Shown in pieces: positions 8,166-18,710 of a stretch of DNA of 64,000 nucleotides. Made by a program: the position numbers and the translations under genes. The stretch covers positions 1 through 64,000 of the IMG/VR virus record IMGVR_UViG_3300025617_000013, one strand, 5' to 3'. Under the pieces are notes generated by a model. It made no database searches. It was not told the origin of the DNA and saw only the letters and a list, made by a program, of their open reading frames with translations. The first letter of the stretch is position 1; the number at the start of each line of letters is the position of its first letter. This stretch comes from a virus.

Positions 8166-9967
8166 TGGCTCAAGATATTAAAATACAGTATACAGACAAG
8201 AATTTTTCTAATCTACGTAATCAATTAGTAGAACTAGCAAAAAATTACTTTCCTGATACCTATAACGATTTTTCACCAACATCACCAGGGATGATGTTTA
8301 TGGAAATGTCTGCATACGTTGGGGACATTCTTTCTTTCTACCAAGATAGCCAGCTACAGGAAACTTTTTTACAGTACGCACAAGACCCAGGAAACTTATA
8401 CGCAATGGCGTATATGATGGGATATAAACCTCGAGTTACTACAGCTGCTGCTGTTGATGTAGAAATAACACAAAGAGTAGCCTCAACCGGCGCCTCCTTT
8501 GTTCCTAATTTTAACCAGGCAATAACCGTAAATGAAAACGGAGTACTATCAGCAGGAGAACAGAAGTTTATATTACAAGATAGGGTTGACTTTTCTTTCT
8601 CAAGTTCTTATTCTCCTACCCTTGCCACAATATACAGTATAGATGCTAACGGTAATCCCACAGAGTACGAATTAAAAAAATCAGTAAAAGCACAATCTGG
8701 TGAGATTATTACAAAATCTTTTAATATTGATACTGCGAGTAAGTTCTTAACCTTGACTGTAGACGATTCGGATATTATAGGAGTTTTAGATATTAAAGAC
8801 GGAGACGACAATACATGGTATGAAGTACCGTATTTAGGACAAGATACAGTCTTTACAGAAGCCATAAATACTGGGAATAATTCAGACTCAGTACCCTATC
8901 TACTTACATCTATTAGAACCCCTAATAGGTTCGTTACTAGGTTTAATTCTACAGGACAACTGCAAATTCAATTTGGAGCAGGTATGTCAACTTCCGACGA
9001 CGATGTATTTTTACCAAACCCGACTATAGTAGGATCCGGAACTAACCAAGGGGTAAAAAGAGCAGATCATGCATACGATCCCTCTAACTTTTTATTTAGC
9101 GCAGCTTACGGTAATGCTCCTTCCAACACAACCTTGACGGTAAGGTATATTAAAGGTGGCGGTATTGCATCGAATATAGAAGCAAATACTTTAATTGGAC
9201 AGGAAGCAATTTCTATATCAGCAACAGATAACACGTATGTAAGCACTGTAACATTTAACAATCCTCAACCAGCCGTAGGAGGTAAAGACGGAGATACAGT
9301 AGAAGAAATTAGACAGAACTCTTTAAGATCTTTTAACGAACAGGGTAGAATTGTAACTAAGCAGGATTACGCATTTAGAGCAATGACACTCCCCACCACA
9401 TTAGGTTCTATCGCTAAAACATATGTAACAACAGACGCTGATATTCCAACTGCTGATACAAATGTATATAACCCGCTTGGAGTATGTATATACGTGTTAG
9501 CATACGATAATAATAAAAAAGTAGTAAAAGCAACACCTGAACTAAAAACTAACCTTAAAACATACATCTCAGAATTCAAACCTTTAACAGATGGATGTAC
9601 CATAAAAGACGCATATATAATTAATTTTGGCGTGAAGTTTGATATTGTAACTCTACCTAGTTATAATTCAAGAGAAGTAATATTTAACTGTACCAATGCT
9701 TTAAAAGATCATTTTAATATTGATAAATGGTCTATTAATCAACCTGTAAATTTATCTTCGATTTATACTCTGTTAGATAGGGTAAAAGGAGTACAAACAG
9801 TTCAAAGTGTGAAACTAGAAACTAAAGTTGGCGGTAATTATTCTAGTTTTGATTACGACATAGAAGGGGCAACCAGGAGTAATATAGTATACCCGTCATT
9901 AGACCCAATGATATTTGAATTAAAATACCCGAACATCGATATACAGGGTAGAGTAACAACATTATAA
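8165..9967 (+). CDS. baseplate wedge protein gp6 / baseplate J-like
   Basis: YFPDTYNDF..SPGMMFMEMSAYVGDILSFY; GG.DGDTVEEIR..RIVTKQDY. Confidence 0.9.
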   Translation: MAQDIKIQYTDKNFSNLRNQLVELAKNYFPDTYNDFSPTSPGMMFMEMSAYVGDILSFYQDSQLQETFLQYAQDPGNLYAMAYMMGYKPRVTTAAAVDVEITQRVASTGASFVPNFNQAITVNENGVLSAGEQKFILQDRVDFSFSSSYSPTLATIYSIDANGNPTEYELKKSVKAQSGEIITKSFNIDTASKFLTLTVDDSDIIGVLDIKDGDDNTWYEVPYLGQDTVFTEAINTGNNSDSVPYLLTSIRTPNRFVTRFNSTGQLQIQFGAGMSTSDDDVFLPNPTIVGSGTNQGVKRADHAYDPSNFLFSAAYGNAPSNTTLTVRYIKGGGIASNIEANTLIGQEAISISATDNTYVSTVTFNNPQPAVGGKDGDTVEEIRQNSLRSFNEQGRIVTKQDYAFRAMTLPTTLGSIAKTYVTTDADIPTADTNVYNPLGVCIYVLAYDNNKKVVKATPELKTNLKTYISEFKPLTDGCTIKDAYIINFGVKFDIVTLPSYNSREVIFNCTNALKDHFNIDKWSINQPVNLSSIYTLLDRVKGVQTVQSVKLETKVGGNYSSFDYDIEGATRSNIVYPSLDPMIFELKYPNIDIQGRVTTL

Positions 9968-9968
9968 G

Positions 9969-11072
9969 ATGGCAATATATAAATTATTTAGTTCAAAAGA
10001 CAGCTTTGTTTACACCGAAAAGCCTCTAGCTAATGTAGGTAGAGATGAACTACTAGAAGTAGGCGGCTATAAGACTTCTGGAGGAGGTCAAACAATTCGT
10101 ACTTTCATACAATTTGACTCTACAGAACTAGCAAATATTTTAGATAATAAGGCTAATGGACAATCGGTTAAGACAGACTTGCATCTATATCTTAGCTATG
10201 CAAACGAATTGCCAATAGAGTTTAACCTTAACTGTTATCCCTTGGCAGAAGACTGGGATGAAGGCACGGGTAAGTTCGGAGACTCACCAGATAATAAGAC
10301 AGGGTGTAGTTGGAGATACAGACTAGCCGGTACTACAGAAAGATGGAAATCAGGTAGTTTTGATGCTTATACAACAGCATCTTTCTTAGAAAGTAATAAA
10401 GGCGGAGGAACTTGGTATACAGGTTCAGCAAACGGTGACGTAGAAGTTACTCAATCGTTTAATAAAAACTCAGATCTAGACGTTAATTTAAACGTAACTC
10501 CGATAGTCCTTCAACACTATAGCGGTAGCCTTGACAACTACGGTATGGTAGTAAAACTACCGGATAATTTAGAGTTTAACACGTCTGCCTCTATAAGATT
10601 AAAGTATTACGGGAACGATACTAATACAATTTACCCACCTAGTTTAGATATTAAATGGGACGATTATACTCATTCATCTACATTGACTGAAATTACAGAC
10701 CCTGAAGTTGTAATAAGTATAAAAAATAACAAAGGAAGCTATACAGACGAAGGTAAACAGAGATTTAGAATACACTCTAGACCTAAATATCCAACAAGAA
10801 CATTTACAACTTCATCTGCCTATTTAACCAACTATACATTACCTACAGCTTCCTACTGGGGATTGAGAGATGAGAATACCGAAGAAATGGTATTTGATTT
10901 TGATACGACGTATACTAAAATTAGTGCTGATAATACTTCTAATTACTTTGATGTATATATGGAAGGATTACAGCCTGAAAGATATTATAGATTATTAATT
11001 AAGACTGAAATTGACGGATCTACGTCTATCGTAGACACAGACCAGGTTTTTAAGGTAGTAAGAAATGGCTAA
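9969..11072 (+). CDS. virion structural protein (beta-rich)
   Basis: ORF track; baseplate operon context; WDEGTG motif. Confidence 0.7.
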   Translation: MAIYKLFSSKDSFVYTEKPLANVGRDELLEVGGYKTSGGGQTIRTFIQFDSTELANILDNKANGQSVKTDLHLYLSYANELPIEFNLNCYPLAEDWDEGTGKFGDSPDNKTGCSWRYRLAGTTERWKSGSFDAYTTASFLESNKGGGTWYTGSANGDVEVTQSFNKNSDLDVNLNVTPIVLQHYSGSLDNYGMVVKLPDNLEFNTSASIRLKYYGNDTNTIYPPSLDIKWDDYTHSSTLTEITDPEVVISIKNNKGSYTDEGKQRFRIHSRPKYPTRTFTTSSAYLTNYTLPTASYWGLRDENTEEMVFDFDTTYTKISADNTSNYFDVYMEGLQPERYYRLLIKTEIDGSTSIVDTDQVFKVVRNG

Positions 11073-12069
11073 GAAAGTAGAAATAAAAAAAACCGTATTT
11101 GATCGAAAAGGATACAGAGGAGTTATCGACAGTAAGTTTAAGTTTTTCAAAGAACTTGAACCTGTTGTTGATCCTGATACTATAGAAGAGCTTTTCAGAT
11201 TATACGATAAACTCTACGCTTTAATTCCAATAGAAGGAGAAGAACAGTCTCATCAATACTTAGTAGAAAGAAGCTCAGAATTATACAAAATAGATACCCA
11301 GCTGGAAAGTATTCAACCTCTATTAGATGAAGTAGCATCTTTAAGAGGGCAGATATTGGAGAGCAACAGACGTATATTAGAGCTAGAAACTCAACTTGCA
11401 GGTGGCGGAGAACTTGATTTTGCCTCTGCTGAACAAATGGAACTATTAAGAACACAGCTTGAAACAGCTAACGCTACTATCGCAACACTCGAGCAAGCTA
11501 ATACACTAGCTAATAGGGCAACCGAACAAGCAACCGCAGCCGCAACCGCAGCCGCAACAAAAGCCGCTGAAGAAGCAAAACAAGCAGCAGCAGCAGCTTC
11601 TGCAGCAGCAGCATCTGAAGCTACAACATCAACAACCCCAACTACTCCACCAGCAGTTCAAGATATTATAAACCAGTTTAATAAGAAAAGAAGCCAATTA
11701 TACTACGCTATGAAAGCTTTAGAAAAACCGGGTTACATATCAATAAACGTATTTCAACGTGGCAGAGGGTCAACTGGCTACTACAGTAGGTACGGACGTC
11801 GATTCTTTCCATGGCTGTACGAAGATACAGGTGATGATCGATATAACGGCCAATATAGGTATAAACTATTAGCAGATAATACCTCAGAAGCAGGCTCTAT
11901 AACTATAGAATTTGTAGTAACAGAATTAGAAAAAGGTGGATATACTGCTGAAGAAATAGTGCAAGCTATAAATTTAAAAAAGAGGTTTAATGGAAACGTT
12001 AGCGTTAGAGTTATAAAGTATAAAGATGAAGATAGAGAAGATAAAGTAGGATACAGATATACTAAATAA
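11065..12069 (+). CDS. virion-associated protein with coiled coil and Ala/Thr-rich linker
   Basis: ORF track; ATAAATAAAT/AAAAASAAAA linker at about 11500-11650. Confidence 0.7.
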   Translation: MAKKVEIKKTVFDRKGYRGVIDSKFKFFKELEPVVDPDTIEELFRLYDKLYALIPIEGEEQSHQYLVERSSELYKIDTQLESIQPLLDEVASLRGQILESNRRILELETQLAGGGELDFASAEQMELLRTQLETANATIATLEQANTLANRATEQATAAATAAATKAAEEAKQAAAAASAAAASEATTSTTPTTPPAVQDIINQFNKKRSQLYYAMKALEKPGYISINVFQRGRGSTGYYSRYGRRFFPWLYEDTGDDRYNGQYRYKLLADNTSEAGSITIEFVVTELEKGGYTAEEIVQAINLKKRFNGNVSVRVIKYKDEDREDKVGYRYTK

Positions 12070-12071
12070 GT

Positions 12072-15000
12072 ATGGCAAAGATAACATATACATTATTAGA
12101 TAGAGAATTTAACTCTATACCGGAGAACGAGAACTACTCTTCGGCTGATCTTAATTTGATCGATTCTTTCGAAATAAATAAAAACTATAAACCGGAACGA
12201 CATTATATAGAAAGTCATTTCTATTCATTAAATAATAAAAAAATATTTTCGGTTTATGATTACAAGCTTAATACTTCTACAGAAACATCAGCTGAGGGAG
12301 ATATTACAAGCCTTTCATTAGAACCAGAAAAACTCTCAATTGAAAACGGTTTCACAGGTGTTGATCATAAAATAGTATTCCATTTTCTAAACGATCTATA
12401 TACATACACCTCTGATAAACAACGTTTTTATATTAATAGTATATCTCAAGATAGAACAGAAATACTTCTTTATTCTGATAAAATAGATGTTAACAGAATT
12501 ATTAACATAACAGAAGATTTAAAAGAGAAAATTTCTAATGAATCTTATTTTGAAGAATATTGGCTTAATTTAGGAGATAACGATTTATTTATCGTAACTA
12601 ATATAGATGTATTTGAATTAGACGATAAATATACCGTAGCTTTAAAACTATACGAACCTTTACCGGAACGTTTTGAACTAAAATATGAAGCACAGCTAGT
12701 AGAGAAAATAAGCGACTCTTTAGTTGTAGAAGTACAAGTTGATGTAGAAGAGGAACCGGAAGTATTCCCAAAGTTGAGACAAGCAAACTTTGACGTAGAG
12801 TTAGACTTAAATACTCCTACTCCTACTCAATACTTTAATTATGACGAGCTATTTAGTTATTCTAATTTAAATTCAAATAGAGAAATATTTTCTTACATAA
12901 ATGAGAATAGTGTAGATATAAACATTAACTATTCTAATTATGAAAACTTTATCAATTTTTCCTCAGCAAAAGAAAGATTAGAAAATTTTAAATATAAAGT
13001 ACAACTACTTCAAACATATCAAAGCAGTAAAGATCAAATCTCTAACTCTACCAACAATTCAGGGAGTTCCGCTCACTACGACAACCTTATTAAAGGTGTA
13101 GTAGATAACTTTGATCATTACGAAAAGTTTTTATACTTTGAAAGCGGCTCCAACAGTTGGCCGAAAAGCACATCAGTTAAACCCCACGTTAACCTGCACT
13201 CAACTTCAACTGAAGCTATAAGTTGGTATGCAAATCAATTAACAAGCGCCTCTAATTATGATGTATCCAATTATGATTTATTAGCTAATGCATTACCCTC
13301 TTATATAGCAGAAGATACTAACAACAGTAGTGCAGTTCTGTTTACTCACATGATAGGGCAGCATTTTGATAACTTATGGATATATACTAAAGCAGTAACA
13401 GATAAGTACAATAACGATAATAGAGTTGATGTAGGTATATCAAAGGATTTAGTAAGAGATGCTTTAACTAGCTTAGGTACTAAGTTGTATAATTCTGCCG
13501 AAGGCACTAACGACTTATTTAGGTATATAATTTCCGATACTTATGATAGCGGTAGTATAGAAGAGATAGTTAATACTTTTATAGAAGTACCGAATATACC
13601 AACAGACCGCCAACCTATTTCCAGAAAAAACTACGAAGGCGAACTTTATAAAAGGATATACCACAACCTTCCCTTTCTATTAAAAAGTAAAGGTACAGAA
13701 AGAGGCCTACGAGCACTTATAAACTGTTTTGGTATACCTTCTGACTTTTTAACTATTAAGCAATACGGAGGTCAAATAATAGGCTCAGATAAGTTTTTAG
13801 GGTATGAAGGAGAATCTACCAGCTCTATAGGTAAAGTACGATATGAAACTAGAGCTAGCGGTTCAGTAGGTAGAGTCTTAACTCAAGATAAATCTATACA
13901 GAAAACAGAGGAAGATAAAACACAGGATATTCATAGATTAGAGGTAGGCTTTTCCCCTTCCGATAATATCAATGATTATATACTATCTCAACTACCCTCT
14001 TCATTTAATATAGACGACTATATAGGAGATCCAAGAGATTTAAATAAAAACTCCTATACAGACTTATTTAAAGAAGCCCATAGAGTATTGCACGCTAGTG
14101 TAGAGCGAACTCAACTAAATGATTTCGTTAGAATATTAAAGTTTTATGATAACGTATTATTTAAGATGATCAAAGACTTTATACCCGCAAAAGCAACTTT
14201 AGATGCAGGTATAATTATTAAACCGCACATTCTTAATAGATCAAAAGTTAAATCACCTGATTTATCTGGAACTAGACCAGAATACACCGGTAGTATAGAT
14301 ACAGCATTCGTCTCTGGGTCTCAAGGAGGTGTGTACGATACAACAAGTATAACAAATACAACTGCTCATACACTAACTATCCCCACTCTTTTAGGTTCTA
14401 CAACTTTTGCAGTAGATAGAGAAGAACCTATGTTTAACGGCGAACTTAGCGGTAGCCATATAGAAATTACCGATGGCGAACTAAACTCAGGTAATAAATT
14501 TAAAACAGTTAATATTCCTAATCTAAAGTATGACATCATACCTGTTGACCAAAGTGTGGGTGCAGTCTACACATCTTTCAATGCCTCTACAGCAAACGAA
14601 TCAACAGACGAATTAGCATGTGGAATGTCGTATACCTTACAAACATACTACCATGATGGAGAATTACAGTACCCTGAATTAGGAGATCGTGTTTTCCCAA
14701 CTATAAACTCAGCAGTAGGATTAGACGGAAACGGTAGATGGTATAGAGTTCCTCAAGCAGGTATAGTAATAGCTATATCTGGTTCTGCAGACCTCGGTAA
14801 AGTCTATGCAGTTACTCCTTGTAGTAATTTCGACAGTACACCACCTTCTGGATATACAGCTGCCTGGTCTATCCCCTCTTACATAAACGCTGCTACATCA
14901 GCATCTAAAGGATTCTATATTTATGGAGCAACAGAATCTGATGCAACATATCATGCAACAGCTTCCCTAGAATCTGATCCAAGCACTAAAGTGTACGCTA

Positions 15001-16211
15001 CCGGTACTGTAGGTATGAATAGCGGAGCACCGAATTACATTGTGACAAAAACTATAAATACCACAGCACTAGCAGACGGTGAGAATGTATTTTTAGATGT
15101 TACTTTAGCAGATGCTAACGGTAATATGGGAGCATTTGCTCCTAATGTATCTAGCTTACTAACATTAACAGCTAGTTTAAAAGATACTAATATACCTACA
15201 GGTTATACTACTAGGTTCACAACATCTAATTATAACACTAACGAAACCTCTAATACAACAGGTAATTTCTATTTTGTTTTAGAGAATATACCTCCTAACA
15301 CAGTCGGTACATGGTACTTTAACCTAACCTCTACAGGTGGTGGAACTAGTTACAGTAATAGTGGAAACCTATATAATAGCTCTACAAGGATTTTTGGTAT
15401 AGGTAATAATACCCACCAACTTACTGCTGGTACAGTTACACTCACATCTTACATAGTAGATAGCGCAGGTAATCAAGGACCTAACGTAACTGATCAAATA
15501 CAGTTCTCTCCACAAAGTGGTAATTTATACGTGATAGGTAATACAAATACATCACAACTTACATCCGGTTATCAACAGTTCTCTATAGGGGTAAATGTTG
15601 AACCAAACTACTTAAATTGGAGCTTGATAAAATCCAGCTGGATTAGCATATCAGGAGCTAGTGGTACAGGTGATGATAGTTCAATCAATGTCTATATATC
15701 CGCCAATACTAGTTCAAATAATAGGTTCGGTTCTATAACATTAAGAGATTCTAACAATACTTCATTGGATGCCATTTTAATCGTACAGGCAGGAGAGAAT
15801 TGTATCGCTCCTCATACCCTTATAACGATGGGGGACGGTACATCAAAACCAGCTGGAGAATTACAAGTAGGAGATGAAATAAGAACTAAACATGAAAAAA
15901 CATTAGAGAAAACTTATGATAGAATAACCAGGAAAGAAGTTTATACCTCTCCAAGAGTTAAGGTATACATAGGTGATAAAGAAATAGTATGTTCACCTGG
16001 GCATAGATTCTATGTAGATAATGCTTCCGATTGGGTAGCAGTTACAGACTTAAAAGAAGGAGATACCTTATCAGGTAAAACATATATAAAAACAGAGGAG
16101 CATAGTGACGGAGATGTAATTAAACTTTCTGTTGCTAACTCTAAAACATATATTTCAGAAGGTATATTATCACATAATGTGAAAGGCGACGACTATTATT
16201 ATTGGAATTAA
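12072..16211 (+). CDS. baseplate wedge gp7-like protein with C-terminal BACON-like and Hint (intein-like) domains
   Basis: LLKSKGTERGLRALINCFG wedge motif; WISISGASGTG...N...R.G.I BACON-like; C(15801)...SPGHRF...SHN(16178) Hint. Confidence 0.75.
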   Translation: MAKITYTLLDREFNSIPENENYSSADLNLIDSFEINKNYKPERHYIESHFYSLNNKKIFSVYDYKLNTSTETSAEGDITSLSLEPEKLSIENGFTGVDHKIVFHFLNDLYTYTSDKQRFYINSISQDRTEILLYSDKIDVNRIINITEDLKEKISNESYFEEYWLNLGDNDLFIVTNIDVFELDDKYTVALKLYEPLPERFELKYEAQLVEKISDSLVVEVQVDVEEEPEVFPKLRQANFDVELDLNTPTPTQYFNYDELFSYSNLNSNREIFSYINENSVDININYSNYENFINFSSAKERLENFKYKVQLLQTYQSSKDQISNSTNNSGSSAHYDNLIKGVVDNFDHYEKFLYFESGSNSWPKSTSVKPHVNLHSTSTEAISWYANQLTSASNYDVSNYDLLANALPSYIAEDTNNSSAVLFTHMIGQHFDNLWIYTKAVTDKYNNDNRVDVGISKDLVRDALTSLGTKLYNSAEGTNDLFRYIISDTYDSGSIEEIVNTFIEVPNIPTDRQPISRKNYEGELYKRIYHNLPFLLKSKGTERGLRALINCFGIPSDFLTIKQYGGQIIGSDKFLGYEGESTSSIGKVRYETRASGSVGRVLTQDKSIQKTEEDKTQDIHRLEVGFSPSDNINDYILSQLPSSFNIDDYIGDPRDLNKNSYTDLFKEAHRVLHASVERTQLNDFVRILKFYDNVLFKMIKDFIPAKATLDAGIIIKPHILNRSKVKSPDLSGTRPEYTGSIDTAFVSGSQGGVYDTTSITNTTAHTLTIPTLLGSTTFAVDREEPMFNGELSGSHIEITDGELNSGNKFKTVNIPNLKYDIIPVDQSVGAVYTSFNASTANESTDELACGMSYTLQTYYHDGELQYPELGDRVFPTINSAVGLDGNGRWYRVPQAGIVIAISGSADLGKVYAVTPCSNFDSTPPSGYTAAWSIPSYINAATSASKGFYIYGATESDATYHATASLESDPSTKVYATGTVGMNSGAPNYIVTKTINTTALADGENVFLDVTLADANGNMGAFAPNVSSLLTLTASLKDTNIPTGYTTRFTTSNYNTNETSNTTGNFYFVLENIPPNTVGTWYFNLTSTGGGTSYSNSGNLYNSSTRIFGIGNNTHQLTAGTVTLTSYIVDSAGNQGPNVTDQIQFSPQSGNLYVIGNTNTSQLTSGYQQFSIGVNVEPNYLNWSLIKSSWISISGASGTGDDSSINVYISANTSSNNRFGSITLRDSNNTSLDAILIVQAGENCIAPHTLITMGDGTSKPAGELQVGDEIRTKHEKTLEKTYDRITRKEVYTSPRVKVYIGDKEIVCSPGHRFYVDNASDWVAVTDLKEGDTLSGKTYIKTEEHSDGDVIKLSVANSKTYISEGILSHNVKGDDYYYWN
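15801..16178 (+). other. Hint / BIL-type autoprocessing domain (126 aa, no endonuclease)
   Basis: Block A CIAPHTLITM, block B SPGHRFY, terminal His-Asn followed by Val. Confidence 0.85.
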
Positions 16212-16321
16212 ATATTATTATGTTTTACTATAAAGTTGAAGACCGGTATAATAAGAAAATGTATAGTGGTAATAATCATATCAAACTAGAGAAGTATCTC
16301 TATTTATAATAAAAGTATAAT

Positions 16322-17998
16322 ATGCCAACGCAAGGAGTATTTTCAAATATTGCAGTACCAAGTGGTTCTATAAATGTACTATATAGAACTATAAACGGTG
16401 AAGACCATATTAAAGCCATAACCGTTTCGGATAAAGACATATTAGATAATGACCCGGCAACCGATATCGGTGTATCACTAGAGCAGTTAGAAACTATAAG
16501 ATTACCATTATCATCATCTGGAGAACTTACAACACTAACTGTACTGTCTGTTACCAAAAAAAATGGATACCACTTCCTAGATGTGCAAGATACTGTAGTT
16601 GATAACATCAGCGGGTTTACTACTGCTAGTATCGCCATCACTCCATTTCTACAGGAATCCTTCTTCTATAACGACTTTAATGCTTTACTAAGTAACGCAT
16701 CAGAACCAGAAGAATCTAGTTTAAGGTTTGATGTAGATAGAACAGGAGGTCAAGCACACCCAAATAACTTTAACGCTTTAGCGGGTGTTGGTACCCTAAC
16801 AATGGGTGAAATGAGGTATTCATCTGTAGGTCCTGAAAGCACCCCCGAACCAGTAATAAGTTACTCAAATGGAGATTATATAGCCTCTGTAACTTCCTCT
16901 GTTAAGAGTTTCCATGTAAACAGAGACTTAGATTTAAAAGTACTTGAACCTGAAATAATTAATAACCTAGGAATACCTCAGGAATCTGTAATTAACATTA
17001 ATCCTAATTTATATAATAACCCTTTCTTCAGTTTTAACGCCACCGCAAGTTTAAGTATAGAGATAGACGATAATCCTAATTTTAATAATGTAACTAATAA
17101 CTTTATATCTGGTGCTATTGCTGAACAGCTATACTATAACGGTGTTATAAACGCTAAGTATATACCGTTTAGTACCTTTATAGAGTCTGGAAGCTTCTCA
17201 GGAGGATACGCATACGTAAGACTTAAACAGAGAAATAGAGTAGGGTATATATCTGACACAAGTACAACAATAGAAGTTACACCTTTTCTTTCAAGTAACC
17301 CACAAACCCCTAGCTTCCTTAATGTCAGTTTATTTTATTTAGATCAACAACCTTACGCTAAACCAGCACTCGTTCAAGATTCTAATTATACTAGTACAGG
17401 TTATATTAACGCTAGATATAACGGTACTAAAACCAGTGAAGCTGACTTTTCAGGAATTTCACCAGCAGTAGCAGCCAAACTTTTAGAAGTTGCTATATAT
17501 AGATCTGATGAGGATAATGGATTTATATGCTCACAGTCTTTACAAGATAGAACTGTGAGTAGTATACTATTTGAAGGTCCAACCGAATTACCAACTGTTT
17601 CCACAGTTGCTATAGGAACTGTTAATACAGCTGTAAATTCTACGGACTCTACAACAATAAATGTTAAAGGAGTTAACAATAGGATTCCTCAACCCGGTGA
17701 TATAATTAGTATACAAGCAGAACAAATGCAAATACTTACAGTAACTAAGCTACCTAGTACCGATGGTAGGCCTTTCTACGACTTATTTGTTAATAGAGGC
17801 TTTGGAGGAACTACAGCAACTACACACCCTCAATACTACAATGTATTTAGACTTTCAGGTGCAAAATTACTCACTATTGATAAAAGCCGTTTAGTGGCTG
17901 TTTCTAATAAGAAAGTATGGATTAAAGCTAATAGAAATATAATAAGAACTAATGACAGAGGTTTCGTGGTAGAAGTATCCGAAGTATGCTCTGTATAA
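16322..17998 (+). CDS. baseplate/tail structural protein
   Basis: ORF track; TATTTATA at 16301; beta-rich. Confidence 0.7.
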   Translation: MPTQGVFSNIAVPSGSINVLYRTINGEDHIKAITVSDKDILDNDPATDIGVSLEQLETIRLPLSSSGELTTLTVLSVTKKNGYHFLDVQDTVVDNISGFTTASIAITPFLQESFFYNDFNALLSNASEPEESSLRFDVDRTGGQAHPNNFNALAGVGTLTMGEMRYSSVGPESTPEPVISYSNGDYIASVTSSVKSFHVNRDLDLKVLEPEIINNLGIPQESVININPNLYNNPFFSFNATASLSIEIDDNPNFNNVTNNFISGAIAEQLYYNGVINAKYIPFSTFIESGSFSGGYAYVRLKQRNRVGYISDTSTTIEVTPFLSSNPQTPSFLNVSLFYLDQQPYAKPALVQDSNYTSTGYINARYNGTKTSEADFSGISPAVAAKLLEVAIYRSDEDNGFICSQSLQDRTVSSILFEGPTELPTVSTVAIGTVNTAVNSTDSTTINVKGVNNRIPQPGDIISIQAEQMQILTVTKLPSTDGRPFYDLFVNRGFGGTTATTHPQYYNVFRLSGAKLLTIDKSRLVAVSNKKVWIKANRNIIRTNDRGFVVEVSEVCSV

Positions 17999-18044
17999 AA
18001 AGAATAAACCAAGATATTTATATAATATAAAACAAAGTTAGAAA

Positions 18045-18704
18045 ATGGGATACTTAAATAATTCAGTCGTAACAGTCGACGCAATCTTAACCAAAAAAGG
18101 AAGAGAGTTGTTAGCTAGAGGAGATGGCTCTTTCCGTATTACACAGTTTGCTTTAGGAGATGACGAGATTGATTATACTCTTTATAATACATCACATCCA
18201 TCTGGTTCTGCTTACTATGGAGAAGCTATAGAGAATATGCCGCTTTTAGAAGCCTTTCCTGATGAAAATCAAATAATGAAGTACAAATTAACAACTCTAC
18301 CTAGAGGTACTGCTAAGCTACCTATACTAGAGGCTGGTTTTGCTTCTATTACATTAAAACAAGGTGCTTCCTTAACTATTACTCCTCAAACACTTAACTT
18401 TTTAGGTACATCACAAGCTTATGAATCAAGCGGGTATACTGCTACTATTGCAGATGTAAGACTCCTTTCTAACTTTACCGGTGTCGGCGTTAACTCAGCA
18501 GAAGCAGAAAGATTAAATCAAACTACTTCACTAGGAACTAATGTATCCAAGACAGTAATAGGAACATCAATAAACCTTACAGGAACTACAATTAACACAT
18601 TATACGGTTCTTCTAGTAGTGTTCTTACAAGCACACTAACATTAATAGGTAGAGATAGTGGAGCTAGAATTACTATTCCTATAAACATAACCAAAGTAAA
18701 CTAA
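18045..18704 (+). CDS. baseplate/tail structural protein
   Basis: DAILTKKGRELLA...FALGDDEIDY motif; TATTTATA at 18015. Confidence 0.75.
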   Translation: MGYLNNSVVTVDAILTKKGRELLARGDGSFRITQFALGDDEIDYTLYNTSHPSGSAYYGEAIENMPLLEAFPDENQIMKYKLTTLPRGTAKLPILEAGFASITLKQGASLTITPQTLNFLGTSQAYESSGYTATIADVRLLSNFTGVGVNSAEAERLNQTTSLGTNVSKTVIGTSINLTGTTINTLYGSSSSVLTSTLTLIGRDSGARITIPINITKVN

Positions 18705-18710
18705 TAAAAG

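Noticed and set aside
11528-11615. GCAACCGCAGCC / GCA repeats
   Set aside because: Simply encode an Ala/Thr linker; no sign of a phase-variation function.
15801-16178. Hint as a mobile homing intein
   Set aside because: No endonuclease domain, +1 residue is Val, and it is near-terminal rather than inside a conserved enzyme motif.
16220-16309. 29-aa ORF (MFYYKVEDRYNKK...) after the Hint gene
   Set aside because: Too short, overlaps the late motif, and has no supporting evidence.
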